Source: Selaginella moellendorffii
Taxonomy: Eukaryota > Plantae > Lycopodiophyta
Reading direction: 5' to 3'
Length of the DNA stretch: 64,000 nucleotides
Assembly (NCBI RefSeq): GCF_000143415.4
Contig: NW_003314303.1
Location: 620,460-684,459, forward strand
Shown here: one piece after another, positions 24,301 to 36,222 of the stretch
Position numbering within the stretch: position 1 is the first letter of the stretch
Layout: every line of letters begins with the position of its first letter
Translations under genes and position numbers: made by a program
Notes under the pieces: model-generated
Databases searched by the model: none
The model's input: the letters and a program-made list of their open reading frames with translations, nothing else
Told to the model about the DNA's origin: nothing

Positions 24301-27300
24301 TTGTGATAAGGACAATCAACTACCCTAGATGATAGTCAATCATCACCAATGATTGCCAGATGCAAAAACCAACTTCAACATCGAAGCTAATGAGCCAAAA
24401 TGCCTTCCCCAACAACTTCTAACAAATGGAACAATGAGCACAAAACTCAAAGAACCAAAAGCTCGAAGAAGCCTATAACTAAGTCTTGCCTAATAATGAT
24501 CACGAGTCTCATAGAAGCTAACTTCAATGCTAAAGAAGAAATCATGGTGCAACCCACAATATCTTCCTCAACACATCCATAAGCCAAACTTCATAATGCC
24601 AAAGCTAATGAAGAGCATTTCTGCATCAATCCAAAAGCTAAGCATAACGAAGCTATGCTTAACAAGTGATCACCAAACGATCCTCCATGAATCCATCTAT
24701 AGCAAGACGTAACTCACTTCATAGCAAGCATAAGAAGAATCATTAATGATTGATATATCTCAATTGAAATCCAAGAAGGATTCAATCACTTCAATGCCAA
24801 TCACTAACTCTTCCTCTTATAGAGGTAGCATTGTTCACGACTAAATCACTTTTCAAGGAAAAGCTAAAGCTCAACCTCAACTAAGCAATCTCGTCTAGAA
24901 CACAACTAACCCAAACTTGCCACTCAGTTCATTTGAACGTCAATACAGTTGCTAACTAGCAATTGCACGAATGCCAACAACACAAAGCAACAGCCAAATC
25001 ATCAACACTATCTTCATCAAGACTAACGAAACTCGACATCAATCTTGCGGAGAGACATCTCATTTCACTGAAATCTCAATATCAACAATATCAATGACAA
25101 GGCATCACTTCAATGCCATCAACAACAGAACAAAGCTAGCAGAAAGCAAGAGTGAATCACCACTCGAAGCTTTCCAGCAACCAAGCTAACCAAAGTCGAA
25201 GATACTATACTTAGTATCCGAGATCAATCCTTCAGCAAAACTCAGTTACAGATACACATCATCAAGGAGTGATTCACCACGTCCAAGACTCAATGAAATC
25301 CAACACTACGGACTAGACGTAACCAAATGATATCGACAGAGGTAGAGTCGACAAGCCAACATGAAAAACTCATGTAAGTCTAACGACATGATCCTCCGCA
25401 ACACCACCCGGTAAAGCAAGCCCATCACTGCTAAATCTTCATCGAGCAAAGCAAGTGTCAACAGTCCTCGACAAAGTCTATAAGCAATCACTAGTCGCAA
25501 AGCAACTAACAATCACTCCTCAACTTGCCTTCACAAGACCCAAACACCAACTCATATCATCGAGTCACATACTTGTCCAACATGAACATAATACCCCAGG
25601 TATGAGATAAAAGTTCATAGACAAGCACAAACTAAATGACCACTCGAATCCAACTCAACCGCCATAAGCTCACTAATGCATTTAGTCAATAGCTCTGAGC
25701 ATGCCTTGAAGAGGCTAGCTATGTGATCAACACTCAGTCGTAACTAAAGTGAAGACCATGAGATGGACTCACATCGGTACACAACCTCCTCATAGACAAA
25801 GCTATAGTATGGGTACCAACATCTCAACCTCAAACAACTAAGTTGGACATCACCATCCTCAGCCAAGGCGCAGGGCCACCAAGACCAAGTCAAGATCAGT
25901 GAGAGCTCACTACTCTCATAGAGTCTAACGTAATGCAAGGTGCAAATTGCCACCAAGCACAATGCTACAAAAGAAAGGCACAAGGGTCACCTTTCTTAGA
26001 AAAGTGCAACAACCACTTTTCTACACCAACTCTAGACTCTATCCAACTCAATTGCCTTAGCCCCAAAAGTCAGCATCCCTTTCGGGTTGCATCATACAAA
26101 CTACCTACCAAGGTCTAAGCTAACCGAAGTCAACTCCAACCCCTTCACTAGTTTGTACTGGCCTTCGAAAACGGAATGGTTTTCGGACAAAATGATCAAT
26201 AGATCAGCCATTGGAAAAGTCTAAGAAAATTTGTGGAAAATTTCCCATCCTAGAGAAAGAATGACTCTCAGTCCAGGATTGCAAACTTTCAAGACTCAAC
26301 CAACTTCCTCCTACTAACAACTTCACATAGGTTCACCTCAACACAAGTTCTCATGACCAACAATATGCTTAAGCATCGAACATCTTTTTGCCCATATTTC
26401 CGATATCCAACTCCGACATCCGCAAAATGCAAAATGAATATCCAAGGCTTGATCAAGAAGACCACATCTTTGGATATCCACATTGCACTAACACTCTTCT
26501 TCAACCACCTTCAAGATCCAATATGAAGTCAAAACACTAACAAGAAAAATGACATGGAAAATCAAGCTCTAAGGAAAATTCCTCATCACTTGAAATAACA
26601 ATGCCACCTCCACTAACACAAGTGCTAGTGATGTCAATGCCCCAACTACACATCTTCTCCATCCAACAATCTACTCCAAGTGCTAACGGATCAACCAACA
26701 AGCCATAGCAAATGAATGCTATAACCCTTTCCATCACCTAACAGGCAAACTCAAGGAAACAAGGTACCAACTTAAGCTTAGCATAATGGACTACCATCGA
26801 GAATCCAGTCAAAGCTACTACAATGCTACTTCGTGCAAGTAGACTAGCTTCTCCATTAACCACTTTGGGGTTGATCATCATTTACCCAAGCAACTTCGTA
26901 AACGCATTACTCTTTATCACATGGATATGATATAAGCATCACAATGACTTTGATCATCAATTGAGTAACGCAATGAGCAATGCCTATGTCATTACTTCAA
27001 ACGTTTATGTGAGTATCAAATGCCAACTCGATTCGACAAAATGCAACATAAATGCCACATTCCACGAATAGAGGTTTACGACACCCAACACCACTAACTT
27101 TTGTTCATAACACAGACAAGCTTATGCCACTCTCTTTCCGACCAATCTCAAAACTATTCCAACACCAAGCTACTCAAGGAGCAATAACAAGGTTCCCTGA
27201 AAAAGAATTGAGCATTGCAACCCCAGTCTTCCATAGCAAGCTTAGACAAAATGGTATCACATTTCACCGCTATCCATCCCACAACTCACCATTTGTAAGA

Positions 27301-30300
27301 CCATCATTTCCAACATGCATCAAGGTAGGGACTCTTGATTGCATAATGTAAACACAAGCAATGAGTTAACACTTCGTTGCAAATCATCTCTCCAAGAAGA
27401 GAAAATGATTTACGTATTTGATCCTTCGTCCCTGACGACTCTCTTTCCGGCCTCATCTTGACTAAACCTCAAGCTTGCTTTCGCACTGCCTTCAGTTCCA
27501 TCCAAGAAAAGTTTATGAGAGAGCACGGCAATGATTACTTGAACCAATAGACTATTCCCTATAGTCTTGATTGATCCACTTATAATCATGCCTAGGAAGG
27601 ATCCACTAGTGCCGTGCTAAACAGCTACGGACCAGCCTATTTGCCACTCATAGCAAACTCAGGGAAAGTTTACTTTCACCCACGGTATATGGAACAACTC
27701 ATGGAACCACCGATAGGCTAACATTAATCCTGCCAACTCTAAGTGTAACCTTGAGTTGCTAATGTGCCTCACTCACGAGCCCAAGCGCAAACTCGTGCTA
27801 CTGAAACAACTCAAGCCTTCTTATGAGCCCAAGAGCAAGCTTATATAATACGGTACAAAACGGTAACCAAATCCATACTCAAGGAACAATTGCGAAGTCT
27901 TTGCACCAAAACGTGTACCCACTCAGATCATCGTTTTCATCTCTGCGTATGCAACAAGACTAGTTGCCCAATCTCATTGAATAGTACTCGCTGAGACTCA
28001 TCCTCTGATACCAAATGTAGCGCATGTGGTTTTGACCCTTTATCCTATGGTGATTTACCATAGGATAACACCACGAAGCGGAACCTAAACCCTCTTTGTG
28101 CCACGTGACAGATGCCATGTGTCACATGCCACGTGTCCATGCCACGTGTCCATAGGAACTCGAGGTTCAGGGCCTTGGGCTACTGAACGAAGGAACGGTG
28201 CCAAACTCCCAAGCGTGACGCCAAGGAGTGATGGAACCGAACCACGGAGCAACTCCCGAGCATACAGCCCAAGGAGCAAAGGGACAGGGGCCTGGAGCGA
28301 CTTGGAACAGTCCTAGAGCAACCAGCATCCCAATGCCAGGACCAGCACGCAAAACGGAGCCAAACGGAGTCTGGCGCTATTTCGGCATACCGGTGGCCTA
28401 ACGCGAGGACATGGGTACTCCACCAGCTAGCATGGAATGGAACTTGGGCTTAGACCCAAGCCGGACGCAGAACAAGGACAGGCACGCAAGCGGGAGCTAG
28501 ACTATGCCTCAGGTTGGTCGGCCATGCCCGACCTACCCACTATCCCTACTATACATTTGGAACCCCCCATAGCCCCCCCCCCCTTGAGGAACACACGCTT
28601 TGGGCTTTCACCCCAAGCCTCCCTTAGTATCAGGAGTTAGTCTCTGGAACAAGCTTAAAACTTACTAAATATGGAATGTCCTTAGAATGCGAATTTGGAC
28701 ACAGGACGAACACCATTGTGTTCAGGCCGATCTCTACATTCCGTAGATATGCCAAATGAGCGAATCTAGACACTTTCCATAAATAGCATTTGGGACCGAA
28801 ATGAGACTAACACAAAGGGCATGATAGCGAGGGTGTTTGGCAAACACGGTAAGCTATCATGTAGCGATATTGAGGGACCAATCTCAATACGCGAGGGTTC
28901 TTGTCAAGCCAGTGCAAGACAGAGCAAAAGAGAACTAAAAAGCCAAGCCAAGTATGCTTGGCTGAATAGACACTTAGGAATTCCGTCCTTATGCTCATCC
29001 GGCCAAGTACAGATGCAAAGTCCAGTTTACTAACACTTGAACAAGAGGGGCTGATAAAGGGTCCAGCAATACCGACCTCCTGCCATCGTGGCAGTAAGGA
29101 AAGAGTGTCCGTAAGGACTAGCTGACAGGTAACTTTCGATACCCGAAGTCACATGCGCGACAGTCACGCACTAAAACAGGCTATGGATGTCTTGTATTTT
29201 GAGATGGAGACTCGGCCAGATGATTTTCCCAAGATGGTCCTGGAAGAATAAGCCATCCAGCCTGAGCAGCCTATGGAAGAAATGCAGGAGGGGGATGAGG
29301 AGCCAGAGAAAGATAATGAGCAGGAAGAGCAGAAGGATGAAGAGGAGGACGAAGAAGAGGAGGACGAAGAGGACTTGGATGGTCCTCAAAATGGTGACGA
29401 TCATAATAATGACGACGACGATGATAACGATGATGATGACGACAATGGCCAGTCTGAGGTGGCCAAAGAGCAGCAGAGGAAGGTCATACAAGACAAACCA
29501 TCAGGTAAATAATAGTACATCCATTCCTAACCTTTTACCATTTCTAACATTGTCCATGTAGGTCGCAGAGCAAATGGTAAGTAGAGATTATTCAGTTGAA
29601 TTTACAAACTCTAGCCTTTAGTGTTGAGGAAGGATAGTGCCAAGCAAGGGTCGAAACGTATGTCCAATCCTTCAGAATCAGCAGTGCACCCAAGTGATAT
29701 CGGTCCTAGTTCCTCAATAGTAGTTGATGGTAAATACAGTATAGTCAATTCAATGTGCTAATGAGTTTGTTTTTAGTAGCACGGGAGGATACCATCTCAA
29801 TCGAAGGGAGATATTTGGACATGCATATGGATCCGCCAATGGACTCTACTTGCCTGCAAGAGTCATCAGAGCTGGTGGAGGCTACTATCCATATCAACCG
29901 CAAGCAAGCTGACCACGCTCCATTTGATGCTGCCCATACCACTGAGTCAATCTTGTCCACGTATCCAACTGACGGTGACCAGGCGCCATTGGACCCGCAT
30001 GAGGCCGCCCCAGCCACCGAGCTGGTCGTATCCTCATTTCCAACGGACTCAATGTGTGCCCAATCGTCTGACTACGCGCCGTTGGAACCTCCCTACACCA
30101 CCCCTTCTGCCTGTTCGGTCATGTCCACTTTGCCAATGGAGGCACCAGCTGAAATGGCGTGTGATCACACGCCATCGGAACCACCCCATGCCACTGTTGA
30201 GCCAGTTGTACTAGAGTCTACAGCTGAAATGGCATGTGCCCACATGCCATCGGATGCGATTGACCCCACATTGCAGAGGAGAGTATTTCCGCCCTTCATG

Positions 30301-31270
30301 TTTCCTCGACCAAAACCCTCTCAACAACCATCGGGAGCACCATTCGCTAATATTGTAGATGGTAAAATTGACTTGTACCATTTTTTATATTGACGCATTT
30401 CATTTCAGAGTCACGGCGAAGGTACTGTATCGTTTTTGATTTGAACGGTGTCCTTTTCTCCCATGAGCGTGGCTCGTCCTCGAATGTCACTGCACCCTCC
30501 AAAGCCTGCGGTCGCAAGTTGGTCAAAAGAGACAGATTCACATTAATCACATGGGAGAAACTACGGGATCTAATAATGACCATGCGACACTTAAAACAGA
30601 GGACCGGGTTCAATTTGCAATTGGGAGTTTGGACATCCATGATGCGCCACAATGCATTAACGTTGCTACAGATGATGCACGATCAGACGCGAGTAATATT
30701 ACCATTTGACTTTCTCTTAACGCAGAGGATTGCTTGACTATGGTCTATGTGAGGGGTAGCAAGCCCATCTTCGTCAAGCCAGAGGCTGTAGTGATGAACC
30801 GGACTACTAGGTCAAGTGAAATCCTCATCATCAATGACTCGTCAATTAAAACTACAATGAACACGCACACATATGCAGTGCACCCCATCTCTTGCAGTAT
30901 GGAAACTAGGGAGAAGAAACCGTATGTTCTAGGGGACCTTGCAAAACGGCTTGGAGCGATGGTGATAGAGAACCAGCCAGTCCAGGAGGCGGCTGCAGAA
31001 ATCAACCAAATGGCAGATGGAACGGTATATCAGAAGCCATTTGATCGGACAGACACCAGTCATCATTTATGGCATGTATATTGTCTAGCCAAGCACTATC
31101 CGCATCTCCATAATCTGCTCAACCAGATGGGTTCTTCGACCACTGAACATGAGCGTGGACGTATTAGAGAAGAGATGGCATTACTATTGGGTTTAAATCC
31201 TGATAGTGTGGAGAGTGATGAAATTCCAAGATTATTGTATAGGCGTTGGAGGCAAAAAATAACAGTCTGA
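18380..31270 (+). pseudogene. 11-exon multidomain cargo gene: ParB-like / degenerate amino-MTase-like / basic and acidic linkers / FCP1-like HAD phosphatase
   Basis: Exons 18380-18382, 18622-19797, 19852-21174, 21225-21311, 21368-21438, 21487-21630, 21678-21889 + 29168-29504 (split by an LTR element), 29562-29576, 29622-29729, 29780-30361, 30409-31270. All introns are GT-AG and phase-compatible after correcting three 1-nt indels (~19975, ~21410, ~30727) and two C>T-type stops (20370, ~29249). Confidence 0.75.
21890..29162 (-). mobile_element. Non-autonomous LTR retrotransposon (LARD-like), ~1.15-kb LTRs
   Basis: Near-identical LTRs 21890-23034 and 28016-29162; TSD GTCAC (21885-21889, 29163-29167); PBS (CTCTGATACCA on +) 28003-28013; PPT at 23035-23050; no internal ORF of 100 aa or more. 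Confidence 0.95.
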
Positions 31271-31719
31271 GATGGCATGTATTTATTTAAAAATGTAACT
31301 TATTATGGCATGGGGTTCCATGCCATTGTATTAATATTAAAAGACAATTCTTTGAGAGGATTTGCATTATACTAGAAGTGTTATAGCATGTTATTGGAAG
31401 TCTACGAAGTTGTTTTATTAATAAGGGGAAAGTAAAGATTGAATAGGGACTTGGGCTCCACCTAGACTCGGAGCAACTAAGCCAATATTAAAAGGATGGA
31501 AAGAAATTGGACGACAATGACAAGGAGAAGAGAGAGGTGAAGCAATGGCAAGGGGAGGAGAAGTGATTGAGTAGCCATTTCCTTGTTTAAAATAAAATGG
31601 CATGTGCCTCAATGTAGTTGAATTTTGTTATATTTATATACTATATAAAGGTTTGGAAACCTTATTTTACAAGTGGGATAATGACAATTCCCACTTTAAC
31701 GAAATAGAACTTCTAGGGA

Positions 31720-32251
31720 AAATGCTATTGCTACTCGCACTTGGCCCCCATGCATTTCATATGAGTCTCCACCTCCATCTCCAACTTCTACCAACATTCC
31801 ACCATTCCCTCCATACATCAATCGTTGTGAGGCTTTTTCTTTTGTAGCCCCAAGTGTGACTGAACAAGAGATCCCTCTTCCAAATAATGTTCTAGATGTT
31901 TCTACTAAAGATGGATTGCCTCATGTGCTTCAAGAGCGATGCCAGATGTTTCTTCAAGATCTTGCTCCCGATATGGTTGAAACTTTTGAAAGAATGAACA
32001 CATATTATCTCCAGTGTCCCATCTGCTACTTTTATTTAGATAAAACGGAGGGCTGTATGGGTCTAGAAACTTTTCGAGAACATTGTCACAACTGCCCAAG
32101 AACTGATGTGGAAGGTGTGCATAAATGGATGTATAAGAAAATCAAGAAAGAGTTAAGAACACACAATCATTATCATTTCATGGTGAGGAACAATATTCCG
32201 TTAGTAAATCCTACATCCACAAGTTATGGTATTTTTAGGCCATCCTACTGA
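31720..32251 (+). CDS. Small Cys/His zinc-finger-like cargo ORF, copy 2
   Basis: YYLQCPICYFYLDKTEGCMGLETFREHCHNCP...WMYKKIKKEL; start uncertain and probably disrupted upstream. Confidence 0.55.
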
Positions 32252-32389
32252 AAATTCCAGCCACTAATAATTCTTACACTATGATATTATTCATCCGCCC
32301 CCCCCCCCCCCCTCACCTTTTTTTTATTAACAAAATTGTATTACCTATAGATAATAAACTGATAATACTAGTAATTATGAAATTTGACA

Positions 32390-32512
32390 GACTGACACTG
32401 TAACTTTGTCATCTCTGACACTGACACTGTCTCTGTCACTGACACTATCACTGTCGCTATCTGCTACACTGACATTGTCAGTGTCACAATCATTATCACA
32501 TTGACATGTGAC
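32390..32512. repeat. Degenerate hexamer (TGACAC/TGTCAC) cluster
   Basis: ctgacactgacactgtctctgtcactgacactatcactgtc..., just upstream of the MULE transposase. Confidence 0.6.
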
Positions 32513-32620
32513 ACATCTTTCTCATTGCATTCAATTGTCTTTTAATGTATCATTAATAAATAGATTTTTCATACCACTCCTCAATTTACACATTGCATAT
32601 GATATGCCATGCATACCTAG

Positions 32621-35279
32621 GAAGAACTTCTAGACTCCATATTTTTTGAAGGATCGGCAACCAATCCTCCCCTCTGTGACACCATTGGTGTTGGATTCAA
32701 GTGTCGGTTTTGCAAGAATGCTCTATTGTGTCGTGCCATCTGCGGGGCCAAGATGTACTATTTTCTTCCACGGGATGGAAAGGTTGGTAGAGCTGCAGTA
32801 CATATTGGCACGCACACACATCCAATGCAGGAAGGGATACAAAGGAGTTCAGTCAACCATTTCAAAGATGCAGTGCAGATAGAGACTATGAGAAACTCAT
32901 CTGCAACTCTGAAGCATGTTCAGAAGACAGTGCTCAAGGATTTTATCGCAAATACTTTACTTGATCCGGACTACAAGAATACTCAACTGGATGAGGCTAG
33001 CTTGCGGGAGTTACTATGACATGTGCAACCTGCAACTAGCCTCAGGAGGTATGAAAATATTATTACATACTTTTCAATAATATCTCTCTTACATTTTGTT
33101 TCATCCAGGATAACGTCTCGGATGTGTGAATCTCGAGAGGGGAAACTCCAATCAGAAATTGACTCAATCCTTGAACTAAAACGGACTTGTCCCTATGAGT
33201 TTATCCATGGGAGTTTATTTCCAGATCAAGTCGTTAGTGAGCAAGAGCGCCCCTTCGTTTTCAAAATGTCTACCATGGGCCCTGCCTCTGGTGTGGATCT
33301 TGTTTCCCGAATGGATATGTCTGGGTCGAGTGACCTTGCTAATGCATGGGTACATTTTGACCATATGGAGCGGGTGGCAGGTTGGACAACCATGGGAGCT
33401 CATGTGTATGATCCAAGGTAGTTTTTTTTCTCATTATCTTAAAATGGTTTTAAACATTGCACTTTTCACAGGCTACGTTGTAACTTGACAATTGCAACGG
33501 CAGAGTTTAAAGTACAAGACCAGATGGCTCAAGAAATATTTTGGAAGTCCCTCTCCGACATTGTATTGAAGCGGACTGGTAAGCCTGCCAACTTTCGCGG
33601 TTTTATGGCAGATGGGGCTGGGGCTAATTGGAATGGTGTCCGGGCAGTCTTTGGGAATGGTCAACCATTGGAAGGTCGTGAAAGGACTTGTGAGTTCCAT
33701 TGGGCTCAGAGCCTAAACCAACACTGCCATCTTATCAAGCCAGATTTCCAATTAGCATTTAAGGAGTTGTGCAAACAATGGCAGGCTGCACCTTCTGAAG
33801 AAGAGCATGAGGCAAAAGCAAACGAGATCCGAATGTGGTGGCGTGAAGATGGCCATACTGACGTAAGTTGTCTACCACAACTTGAGTCGTGGTTGGGGTG
33901 GTGGGAAGTTAGAATGTTCCAATGGGGACATCACTCTTTTCAGGTTGGTTTTGCTTTTTTTCCTCTCTTTTTATTGCTTTTTAATATCATCTTTTTATAA
34001 GGATCAACCACTTGAGGATCTTGCATACACCCCAACTGTGAATCTCTCAGAGAGTAAATATTGGAACTGGCGTTCCTCTGAGGCAGGGAAAGGGAAGATG
34101 AGTCTATATGAAGCATGTCTATCAGATTTGATACGCGCTGTAGAGCAGTCTTCAAAAGCCTTGGCATTTGAGGAAGGAAGATACATGGGAACAGGACCTT
34201 CGGTTGAGATGTTACAAGATCGGATGAAGAAGAAAGTGACTCCACTAGCACGAACAATGGCAACTGCAGTGGAGGAAGTGGTCCGTGGCACATCTATGGA
34301 GTACACTCCTCGGGCTTCTATTGGTGATATGAAGACCGTCCGTTCAAAGCGTCGATTTTCCTTTGCTGGTGAAGATGTTGGCACGGATCTTGGAGCAAAA
34401 AGCTCTCACACACCTGATGTTGAGTATCATTCTGCTCCAAGACATCACCCCAGAACCGAACCACCTCAAGTGGCTGATGAAGAAAGTGCATCACAGCAGG
34501 TTGAAATTGCTTATCGTAGTGTGGAGCCGAAGCAATGGGCAATCCGTTGAGTGCCAGCGAAATCAAATGTAAGGTGTGTGGGGATGCTTCCAAGGGGCAA
34601 GTGTTGGGCTTGGATCCGTGGTGATAAGTCTGCTTCTGTTCCAGCCCCATGTTTCCATGGGGAACGAAAGCAAGCAGGATTTTCAAGATGGTGTTGGTTA
34701 TATTGCTGCAACTCTGATGTCAACCATACAAAGCGGCTTGAAGACACTATAGTGACTAAACCTGATGCAGTACCTAAAGAATGGCCAGTTGCTAATGGGG
34801 TTGCGCTCACCTCGGATGAGATTGAAAACCTTGAGAAATCTGGTTTCAATCTTGAAAGGAGAGTTGGAGATATGAGTGACAGAACCAAGAATATTCCTAC
34901 AGAGATGCACAGGAGGCCAGCACGAAAAGGTAAGGCAGTTAAATTTATTGGTACCGTCTCCAAGCAGAAGCAAGGTAAAATAAACTTGGCTCAAACACTT
35001 GAGTGTGAGATTCTCTCCACGAAGTACATCACTGCGCTCACAAAGGAGTACACAGTCAAAACAGAAGGTGGAGAGTACACAATTGCCATTCAAGACTTTC
35101 CTTCTTGCACATGTCCAGACTTTACGAAGCGCGAGGAACATGGGAAGGCATATGCTCCTTGCAAGCATATGTACTACATCTTCATCAACATCTTGCACCA
35201 GGATCCTAAAGTGGATATTTATATATACCAAGCAAGCCTTACTATTGCCGAGTTGCAGAAAACTTTTGGAGCTAATTAG
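32621..35279 (+). pseudogene. MULE-type transposase with WRKY/GCM-like Zn module and C-terminal SWIM finger
   Basis: CRFC..C...CGAKMY...HIGTHTHP; WVHFDH; FMADGAGANWNGVRAVFG...RTCEFHW (MULE D...CxxH); NLSES; SWIM CTCPDF...CKH. Introns ~33049-33108, 33418-33471, 33944-34001; stops at ~33018 and 34548. Confidence 0.82.
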
Positions 35280-35923
35280 ATTTTCCAGCACTATCGATGT
35301 TTATTCTCTATCAATAATATAAACTAATTATACTTTATATAATTAATAAAAATATTTTATTATTTCACTTTTCATTTCATATACTTGTGAGGTTCTTTTT
35401 GTAATATTACCCATAGTATTTGTGAGTCTCCATTTTTATCTTTACCTTCTCAAAAAATATTTCGAGATAGTCTTTCGGGTGTATGATGTTACAATGTATT
35501 GTGAGAGCATATGTACCATCACAGTTGTTTTTTTTTCCTTTCAAATGGTTATATGGCCTTATATAGAATCTTAAGTCAAATTTAATAATTTTAAAATTCT
35601 GATGAACCTGACATTTACTAGCTAGAAAGCACAGTGTACAAATTTAAAGAAGTGACAAGAATACTCTTTTTGCAAACATTTTATTTTATATTCTAACAAA
35701 TGTCTCTATTATTGCATGTAGTAAATATTTAAATTATTAGAACAAGAAGTGTCCTTTAGAACATTTTTATCTATATAATATATAGAGAGTTATGAAATTA
35801 TTAAGTTCGCCATAACTTTAAAATTTTAAAGTTTATAATGTTTGTACTAAATTACAATTGAAAATTGAGCTCAACTCGTGAGCTCAACTCTTCAGCTCGT
35901 GAGCTCAAGTATGGTCCACGCTT

Positions 35924-36070
35924 CAGGTGACTAAGGCTGTGCCGACTGAATGTGCTTCAAAGCATTTAAGAGCTTAAATCGCCTCGTCCCATTTCCTGGC
36001 AGTGGAGTAAGAATGAAGATCATACAAATTCTACGCACCACAAATACCTTGCTTTGATGGAACTCCTCAC
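35924..36070 (-). pseudogene. WEE1: WEE1-like fragment, 5' half of the split copy (internally deleted)
   Basis: EEFHQSK, an intron nearly identical to 50183-50235, then LLNALKHI...SHL. Confidence 0.75.
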
Positions 36071-36222
36071 AAATAACAACTTGCAATGGGGTTCTCAAGA
36101 GCAAAGACACCAGCATTGACACAGCGCCTCCGATTTGGATTGCGAATCGGCAGCAGCGGCAGGGGCTCTCTCGTCGTCTCAAAAACCCTAGAAAAACATA
36201 CAAAACAAAACCAAGCTGGATC

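Larger units (their letters stand above)
12183..31620. repeat. Dispersed 22-bp palindrome ATGGCRTG-N6-CAYGCCAT (~22 copies)
   Basis: Copies start at about 12183 (weak), 12499, 12576, 13985, 14042, 15879, 15949, 16047, 16658 (variant), 16733, 17589, 17668, 18408, 18485, 18545, 19819, 21317, 21456, 21647, 30154, 30229, 31305 and 31597 (half site). Confidence 0.92.
10052..35923 (+). mobile_element. Giant Mutator-like (MULE) DNA transposon with degenerate TIRs and cargo genes
   Basis: 8-bp TSD CAGGTGAC at 10044-10051 and 35924-35931; joining the flanks rebuilds a gap-free WEE1 segment; imperfect TIRs (GGGGATGGTCCAAAGTTGAG vs AAGCGTGGACCATACTTGAG) with subterminal TGAGCTCA repeats; MULE/SWIM transposase near the right end. 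Confidence 0.85.

Noticed and set aside
12499-31326. Palindromic repeats as a CRISPR array
   Set aside because: Spacing is irregular (tens of bp to kb), the context is eukaryotic and intronic, and there are no cas genes.
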